Of a DNA stretch of 32,000 nucleotides, positions 28,301 to 32,000 are shown piece after piece. The DNA lies in contig NZ_CP080507.1 of NCBI RefSeq assembly GCF_019464535.1, forward strand, positions 2,790,001 through 2,822,000, written 5' to 3'. Each line of letters opens with the position of its first letter. The first letter of the stretch is position 1. Made by a program: the position numbers and the translations under genes. The notes beneath the pieces were generated by a model that searched no databases, was not told the origin of the DNA, and saw nothing but the letters and a program-made list of their open reading frames with translations. The DNA comes from Horticoccus luteus. Lineage in GTDB: Bacteria; Verrucomicrobiota; Verrucomicrobiia; Opitutales; Opitutaceae.

Positions 28301-28435
28301 TTCCCGTTCCAAGACAACAGCAAGGATGCCGCCCTCATCGTCACTCTCGCCGCCGGTAAATCCTACACCGTCCAAGTCTCCGGCGTCGATAACGGCACGG
28401 GCGAAGCGCTGGTCGAGATCTACGCGATTCCCTGA
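25367..28435 (+). CDS. Giant secreted CAP/SCP/PR-1-like protein with a beta-sandwich region, a jelly-roll-like region, two Ig-like domains and two copies of the same unassigned C-terminal module
   Basis: ATG at 25367, 49 nt after the subtilase stop. Signal peptide MFSARLFGAAFLLPFAVLA.
- CAP/YkwD-like blocks: YVEYVNRAR, LLTNDARGHTQDMFDYTYQGH, ALAAGYNYQVIAENVY, TRGHRANIHNSNVREIGVGVV.
- Ig-like repeats: FTYQWQKDNV..GSYTVTVTN and LTYQWQKDGV..GTYRLNVTN. Confidence 0.8.
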   Translation: MFSARLFGAAFLLPFAVLARDFPSAPPPAAPAQSRAAAAHPMPAAAEPAIYSIDGTSGPPTDEETLYVEYVNRARMFPAAEGTLLRNTTDPQVVSAYNYFHVDLAKMESEFQALTPLPPVAFNALLTNDARGHTQDMFDYTYQGHEGPEAPPNASTITSRALAAGYNYQVIAENVYSFADSPFHGHAGFEVDWGTASDGMQPTRGHRANIHNSNVREIGVGVVIGTKTGNNLDGNPTTVGPQLVSQEFGTRAALGPLLTGVAYFDLSGDHFYSIGEGLGQVTVTVEGASYSAVTAPSGAFTVPLPGAGTYTVTFTGPGLSQTATVTSASGENVKLDFTPTFSPAILSGPATIYVGTPTAFSIMPAPGATGYLLTSYLRDLTPVTENAENADHFTVDVSGYNPVQTSVKSQGNAAFNLKHPSGDDQVMTLNRSLFVRAGAQLTFSSRLCIATAEEIAKVQISTDEGTTWTDIYSQAGPDQPGETSFTTRTVDLSAYADHICLFRFRFDSTGSYYPSTGFPQAIGWFIDAIAFSHTEELLGSTQSSMGNVVSFNYTAPSAGSYLLALTPENVTRHLPVSAPLLITATPFAGTPASIVTPPVGATVNEGGTVTLTVGVTGSAPFTYQWQKDNVALTAATSASLTLSNVTVGDSGSYTVTVTNGGGSVTSSPAVVGVNGTPPSFSTQPQSATITVGDTITLTGSASGTTPLTYQWQKDGVDLPGATTDSLTLANTTAANSGTYRLNVTNSVGTVPSAEAIVTVNPAAPTGDQSYLSNLSVRAAMVEGQTLIVGFVVDGGSKPILVRAAGPALNQFGLTGVADPRLTIYNSQSTVVAANDDWASSLSGTFAALGAFSFPPDSKDAALLAPLAGPHTAQVTGIGDGAILVEAYDAGINDGTKLVNLSARFHVGTGADILIAGFVLNGTGSKSLLIRAVGPTLAGFGVPATLADPKVAVFDGANLIAQNDDWSATLSATFTQLGAFPFQDNSKDAALIVTLAAGKSYTVQVSGVDNGTGEALVEIYAIP
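27677..28432 (+). repeat. Tandem pair (B1 27677-28030, B2 28055-28432) of the same unassigned ~120-aa C-terminal module
   Basis: B1 is LSNLSVRAAMVEGQTLIVGFVVDGGSKPILVRAAGPALNQFGLTGVADPRLTIYN..AANDDWAS..LGAFSFPPDSKDAALLAPLAGPHTAQVTGIGDGAILVEAYD. B2 is LVNLSARFHVGTGADILIAGFVLNGTGSKSLLIRAVGPTLAGFGVPATLADPKVAVFD..AQNDDWSA..LGAFPFQDNSKDAALIVTLAAGKSYTVQVSGVDNGTGEALVEIYAIP-stop. Confidence 0.8.
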
Positions 28436-28531
28436 CTCGCCCGACCTGTCGGGGAACATGTGCCGGCCGCCTCCGACAAATCGCTTGCTTCGCCGATACT
28501 GCCGTCGGAAGCTCCTCGCTGACTACAACCC

Positions 28532-28552
28532 GCAGGCCTCGGGCCTGCTTTT
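28532..28552 (+). terminator. Intrinsic-terminator-like hairpin (GCAGGCC-TCG-GGCCTGC followed by TTTT)
   Basis: Read directly: perfect 7-bp GC-rich stem (28532-28538 / 28542-28548), 3-nt loop, then TTTT at 28549-28552. It lies 97 nt after the CAP-protein stop. T-runs are rare in this GC-rich window. Confidence 0.45.
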
Positions 28553-28560
28553 GCCACTCC

Positions 28561-30516
28561 ATGGACGACCAAGCTCCCCAGCAAAATCCGCCGGCGGATT
28601 TCAACAAGATTGATCTGACTCAGCTCCAAGGCTTCAGCTTTGGCACTCAGTGGACGCAGGATAAATCCGGTGCCGGCTCCGACCGGCGTTCTGGCGATCG
28701 TCCCGGCCGAGAAGATCGAGGAGACCGCGCCGGCCCCGACCGCCGCGATCGTCGGGCCTTCCGTCGCCCCGCCCCCGGCGCCGATGCCGGCCCCGCTCCC
28801 GCCAATGCGCCGGCCCGCGATGGCCGTGAGTTTCGCGGCGCCCCCGGTGGCGGTGATCGTCGTCCCCGCCGTGAAGGCGGCGAGTTCCGCGGCGGCCCGC
28901 GCCGCGATTTCGGCGGCCCCGGCCGTGGTGACCAATTTCAACGCGGCCCCTACGAGAGCCCGTTTTTCTCCGCCGTCTTTTATCCGGAAGACACGAGCTT
29001 CGCCAACCTGGCCAAGACCATTCGCAGCTCCTGCCGCACCATTGAGCTGTTTGAAATCGCGAAGACCGTGATCGGCAAAGCCGATCGCTTCATCGTCGTC
29101 CTCGCACGCAAGCCCAATCCGGACGCCCGCGCCAGCGACTCGCCCGCCGCCGAGGGCGCCGCGCCCAAAGGCCACCCGATCTACGTATCCGTGCCGGACG
29201 GCCTGCCCTTCGAATCCGAAGAAGCCGCCATCGCGCACGTCCTCGCCACGCACCGCGACCAGTTCTTCGATACCGCCGAGGTCGAAGTCGATCCGCCGAA
29301 GGGCAACTTTCAAGTCGTCAACCGCTGCGGCGTCACCGGCGCTTTGCTCGGTCCGCCGAACTACCACCGTTACAACCAGATCGTGCAGCAACACTTCGCG
29401 ACGAACATCAGCCGGATGTCGCCCGAAGCGTTTCGCTCCCGCATCGAAAGCGTCCGCGAACCCGAGCTCATCCAGCAATGGCTCGAGGGCATGAAGAAGA
29501 CCACGCGCTACACGTGGAAGCTCACCCCTCCCGCTGAGGGCGAGTCGGCGCCCGCCTTCGATTCGCTCGAAGAAGCCCGCTATTACCTTCTTACCAACGC
29601 GCGCGACAAAGTGGTCCGCGCCACCGACCAAGCGCGTTTCCACGGTAAAATCGTCGAAACGCTCCCGCCCGGCGAAATCCGCAGCGCCGTCGAAGGCGCC
29701 ATCGAACGCCAGCGCCGCTTCCCGCTCGATACGGCCAATGCACTCCGCGGCCGCCTCCGTCGTGAAGGGTTCACCATCTTCAAGAAGGGCTCCAAAGGCA
29801 TTTCTTACGTCTGCGCCGTAAAACGCAAATTCCGCACGCCCGACCAGACGTTCTCCGATTCACTCGGAGCGCTGATCGCGTTCGTGGAAGCACACCCGAT
29901 GGTCCGCGCCAGCGAATTGCCGGTGAAATTCCTCGGCCTTAAACTGCCGTCGGCTCCCAAGCCCGCCGCAGCCGCCGCCCCGACGGAATCTCCCGCCGCG
30001 GCAGAAACCGCCGCTCCGAACGCTTCCCCGGAAGCGCCCGCCGTGGCTCCGGCCGCAGAAGCGACGCCCCCGCCGGCCGCCCCCGAACTCACTGTCGAAC
30101 AGCGTGAAAAGATCGCCCGCCTGAACGGCGACCTCCGCTGGCTCGTCACCGAAGGTTACGTCACCGAATTCATTGACGGTCGCCTCTTCGCCGCGCCACC
30201 GATGGTCGAGGCGCGAAAGAAGGAAATCGAGGGCGACGATCACGATCCCGAAAACTTTCCGGAGGCTCCGGTCGAAGCGGCACCCGCCCCAGCCGCCGCC
30301 CCAACGGCGGAGTCGCCAGCGCCGTCCACTGATTCCTCCACCAATGCGCCCGCGGTCGAAGCTGCGCCCATTGCGGACGCACCCGCGGAGCCCACTCCTT
30401 CTCCCGCCGCCGAACAACCCGCTTCGCCCGCTGCTGAGATCACGCCCGCCGCGGCCGAGAACACTTCGGCACCGGCGGAAAGGCCGAGCGAGCCACCGCG
30501 CGCCGCAGCTGAGTAA
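28561..30516 (+). CDS. Hypothetical 651-aa protein: Arg/Gly/Asp-rich FRG/RGG-type N-terminal region, ~330-aa globular core and Ala/Pro/Glu-rich tails
   Basis: ATG at 28561.
- Residues ~35-125 are low complexity with FRG/RGG-like repeats (DGREFRGAPGGGDRRPRREGGEFRGGPRRDFGGPGRGDQFQRGP).
- The core has ordinary composition (..FYPEDTSFANLAKTIRSSCRTIELFEIAK..NYHRYNQIVQQHF..RRFPLDTANALRGRLRREGFTIFKKG..).
- A short ordered island (LTVEQREKIARLNGDLRWLVTEGYVTEFIDGRLF) sits between two Ala/Pro-rich tracts.
I recognise no family. Confidence 0.7.
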   Translation: MDDQAPQQNPPADFNKIDLTQLQGFSFGTQWTQDKSGAGSDRRSGDRPGREDRGDRAGPDRRDRRAFRRPAPGADAGPAPANAPARDGREFRGAPGGGDRRPRREGGEFRGGPRRDFGGPGRGDQFQRGPYESPFFSAVFYPEDTSFANLAKTIRSSCRTIELFEIAKTVIGKADRFIVVLARKPNPDARASDSPAAEGAAPKGHPIYVSVPDGLPFESEEAAIAHVLATHRDQFFDTAEVEVDPPKGNFQVVNRCGVTGALLGPPNYHRYNQIVQQHFATNISRMSPEAFRSRIESVREPELIQQWLEGMKKTTRYTWKLTPPAEGESAPAFDSLEEARYYLLTNARDKVVRATDQARFHGKIVETLPPGEIRSAVEGAIERQRRFPLDTANALRGRLRREGFTIFKKGSKGISYVCAVKRKFRTPDQTFSDSLGALIAFVEAHPMVRASELPVKFLGLKLPSAPKPAAAAAPTESPAAAETAAPNASPEAPAVAPAAEATPPPAAPELTVEQREKIARLNGDLRWLVTEGYVTEFIDGRLFAAPPMVEARKKEIEGDDHDPENFPEAPVEAAPAPAAAPTAESPAPSTDSSTNAPAVEAAPIADAPAEPTPSPAAEQPASPAAEITPAAAENTSAPAERPSEPPRAAAE

Positions 30517-30524
30517 ACGCCGCA

Positions 30525-30983
30525 ATGCCTGCGGCCGTTAGCCCAGCCGGGCGGCTCCAAGCGTATCTGCATCGCTCCATTCCGCTTTCGGCGGCGATGC
30601 AGGTGCGGGTGACGCATTGTGAACAAGGCGTGGTGGAACTCACCGCGCCCCTTTCGCCCAACGTCAATCATCGCCACACGATGTTTGGCGGCAGCATCTC
30701 CGCGCTCGCGCTGCTCGCCGGTTGGGGCGCTTTTCACCTCGCTCTCGAAGCCAGCGCCGTGAACGCCGAAATCGTCATTCGCCACAACACCATCGACTAC
30801 GTGGCGCCGGCGGCGGGCGATGTCACCGCCCACTGCGCCGCCGTGAGCGACGAGGAACGCGCACGTTTTGCGCGCACGTTCCGACGGCTCGGCAAGGCGC
30901 GCATGCCACTGGTCGTCACCTTGCGTTGCGGCTCCACGGTTGTCGCCCGCTTTCACGGCGACTATGCCGCTCTCGCCGGCTGA
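30525..30983 (+). CDS. Hotdog-fold thioesterase-like protein (YiiD C-terminal domain / DUF4442-like)
   Basis: ATG at 30525, 8 nt after the previous stop. The 152-aa product has IPLSAAMQVRV..LTAPLSPNVNHRHTMFGGSISALALLAGWG, typical of YiiD_C/PaaI-like hotdog proteins. From memory, unverified. Confidence 0.6.
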   Translation: MPAAVSPAGRLQAYLHRSIPLSAAMQVRVTHCEQGVVELTAPLSPNVNHRHTMFGGSISALALLAGWGAFHLALEASAVNAEIVIRHNTIDYVAPAAGDVTAHCAAVSDEERARFARTFRRLGKARMPLVVTLRCGSTVVARFHGDYAALAG

Positions 30984-31108
30984 CGCCGGAACTCCTCCAC
31001 GTCACAGGCAGCCGCGCGCAGACGCAATCCCTTCAGGCCGATGTTCTCGGCACTGCAGTTACCTCCGGCTCGCGCGGGCCGCCCCCGCCAAACCACCCGC
31101 GCCCAATC

Positions 31109-31426
31109 TTAAAGAGACGTCGCGCTGGCGCGGCGTTCCGGTGCCAACGTGTCGTCCAAACGTTCCCCCACGCGGTTCGTCATGATGCCGTCAGCGTCGC
31201 GAGAGTCACCCATGACGTCCTGTTTACTCAGGTCATCCTGAGCCAACGGTTCGCGCAGTTGCCGCTCCGCTTCCGTCCAGTGTTCGACATGGCGCCCATG
31301 TGGGCAACCCTGCTCCACCCAGATCGAGTGAGCGCGTGCCGCAACCTCATCGTGCGTCGGAAGACGCGGTGTCGTCGCCGCAGGAGTAAAAAGTCGTGTC
31401 GTCGTGCGAGTCTTTTTGTTTCTCAT
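31109..31426 (-). CDS. DUF2934-family small protein (copy 2)
   Basis: ATG at 31426 (MRNKKTRTT..); I rejected the track's 79-codon Arg/Gly-rich extension. It carries HDEVAARAHSIWVEQGCPHGRHVEHWTEAERQL, the same signature as the 20510-20899 gene. Confidence 0.6.
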   Translation of the reverse strand: MRNKKTRTTTRLFTPAATTPRLPTHDEVAARAHSIWVEQGCPHGRHVEHWTEAERQLREPLAQDDLSKQDVMGDSRDADGIMTNRVGERLDDTLAPERRASATSL

Positions 31427-31545
31427 AGCGGGGCTATTATGCCGCTTCGGACCTTGCGCTGCACTCGGTAATTTCCTGTGCCCTTGCCTGCGAGAAACCG
31501 CCATGCTGCGTTCAACCCGTCGCCCCACCGTCGCGGGCGGCGCGT

Positions 31546-31986
31546 TTAGTGACGCAGGCGCAACGTATGCCGCTCGTCCCCGGCGATGCCCAAGTCCAGA
31601 TGCCAGGCGGTCGCCGGCAGCCAGTCGGCGACATTTTCCGGCCACTCGACCGCCAGGCACCAAGGCGACCGCAAAAAATCCTCCAGCATCAACGCCTCCA
31701 TCTCCGCCGCGCCGTTTAACCGATACGCATCGAGATGCACCAACGTGCGTTCCCGACCATGATACAGGTTGAAAATCGTAAACGTCGGGCTCGTCACTGC
31801 GTGCGTCACGCCGAGCGCGCGCGCCAGCCCCTGCACGAAGGTCGTCTTCCCCACGCCCAGATCGCCGTGCAACGCCAGCACGACATCGGGCGGGAGCACC
31901 TCCGCCACTCGGCGCGCCACCGCCTGCGTTTCCTCCGCCGACGCCGTCGCGACCCCGCGCCGAAGTTCTGCCACCACGTCGCTCAT
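31546..31986 (-). CDS. tsaE: tRNA t6A37 threonylcarbamoyl-transfer protein TsaE
   Basis: P-loop [21 protein letters not shown], then [10 protein letters not shown] and HLDAYRL. GGAGG sits 4 nt upstream of the ATG. The ATGA at 31986-31983 could overlap the stop of an upstream minus-strand gene that runs off the window. Confidence 0.9.
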   Translation of the reverse strand: MSDVVAELRRGVATASAEETQAVARRVAEVLPPDVVLALHGDLGVGKTTFVQGLARALGVTHAVTSPTFTIFNLYHGRERTLVHLDAYRLNGAAEMEALMLEDFLRSPWCLAVEWPENVADWLPATAWHLDLGIAGDERHTLRLRH

Positions 31987-32000
31987 ACGCCTCCGGCCAG

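Noticed and set aside
24541-28432. The C-terminal modules as a PEP-CTERM, LPXTG or hydrophobic membrane anchor
   Set aside because: Neither protein ends with a PEP motif plus TM helix plus basic tail, an LPXTG motif, or any hydrophobic stretch. They end in the beta-strand-like ..ALVEIYDVQ and ..ALVEIYAIP.
26099-29643. Antisense ORFs within the CAP-protein and RGG-like genes (26099-26965, 27014-28081, 28420-29643)
   Set aside because: Same low-complexity Gly/Ala/Arg/Asp composition. Each is fully contained in, or overlaps, a better-supported sense gene.
1-32000. Search for CRISPR arrays, tRNA/rRNA genes, IS elements, integrases, long direct or terminal inverted repeats, and compositional islands
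   Set aside because: I could find no regularly spaced direct repeats, no cloverleaf-like or rRNA-like segments in the intergenic regions (all under ~260 bp), and no transposase or integrase motifs in any frame. Composition looks uniform by eye, except for slightly AT-richer promoter regions.

Overview
This is a GC-rich bacterial chromosomal segment (about two-thirds G+C by eye, not computed). I can support 24 protein-coding genes. I recognise no rRNA, tRNA, CRISPR array, transposase, integrase or phage gene. Because of the GC content, the six-frame track is full of long antisense and alternative-frame ORFs, which I rejected. Several real genes also start downstream of the track's first start codon, so I trimmed those.

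Most of the window is ordinary core or accessory metabolism:
- proB (5'-partial) and a GNAT acetyltransferase.
- A large cytoplasmic glycoside-hydrolase-like gene, divergent from an AraC/GyrI-like regulator.
- A same-strand trio: membrane protein, secreted DUF4139 protein, and a double-CDGSH iron-sulfur protein.
- A UvrD/PcrA helicase plus a small membrane protein.
- A hybrid sensor kinase (solute-binding domain, PAS, kinase core, two receivers) followed 14 nt later by a secreted alpha/beta hydrolase, and divergent from an SLC13/DASS permease.
- yebC, beta-carbonic anhydrase divergent from accA, a YmdB-like metallophosphoesterase, and tsaE.

The stretch worth a second look is about 20.5-31.4 kb. 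It holds two adjacent giant secreted multidomain proteins, and each ends in a tandem pair of the same ~120-aa module, which I cannot assign to a known family (four copies in total).
- The first protein is an S8 subtilase fused to two PPC-like modules, a PQQ-like beta-propeller and an Ig-like domain.
- The second is a CAP/SCP/PR-1-like protein with a jelly-roll-like region and two Ig-like domains.

Downstream lies a 651-aa protein with an FRG/RGG-type arginine-rich region and Ala/Pro-rich tails, tightly followed by a YiiD-C-like hotdog thioesterase. Two small DUF2934 paralogs bracket the block.

The gene content and protein styles suggest Verrucomicrobiota (Opitutales-like), but that is an unverified impression. 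All family calls come from motifs read by eye, with no searches run.
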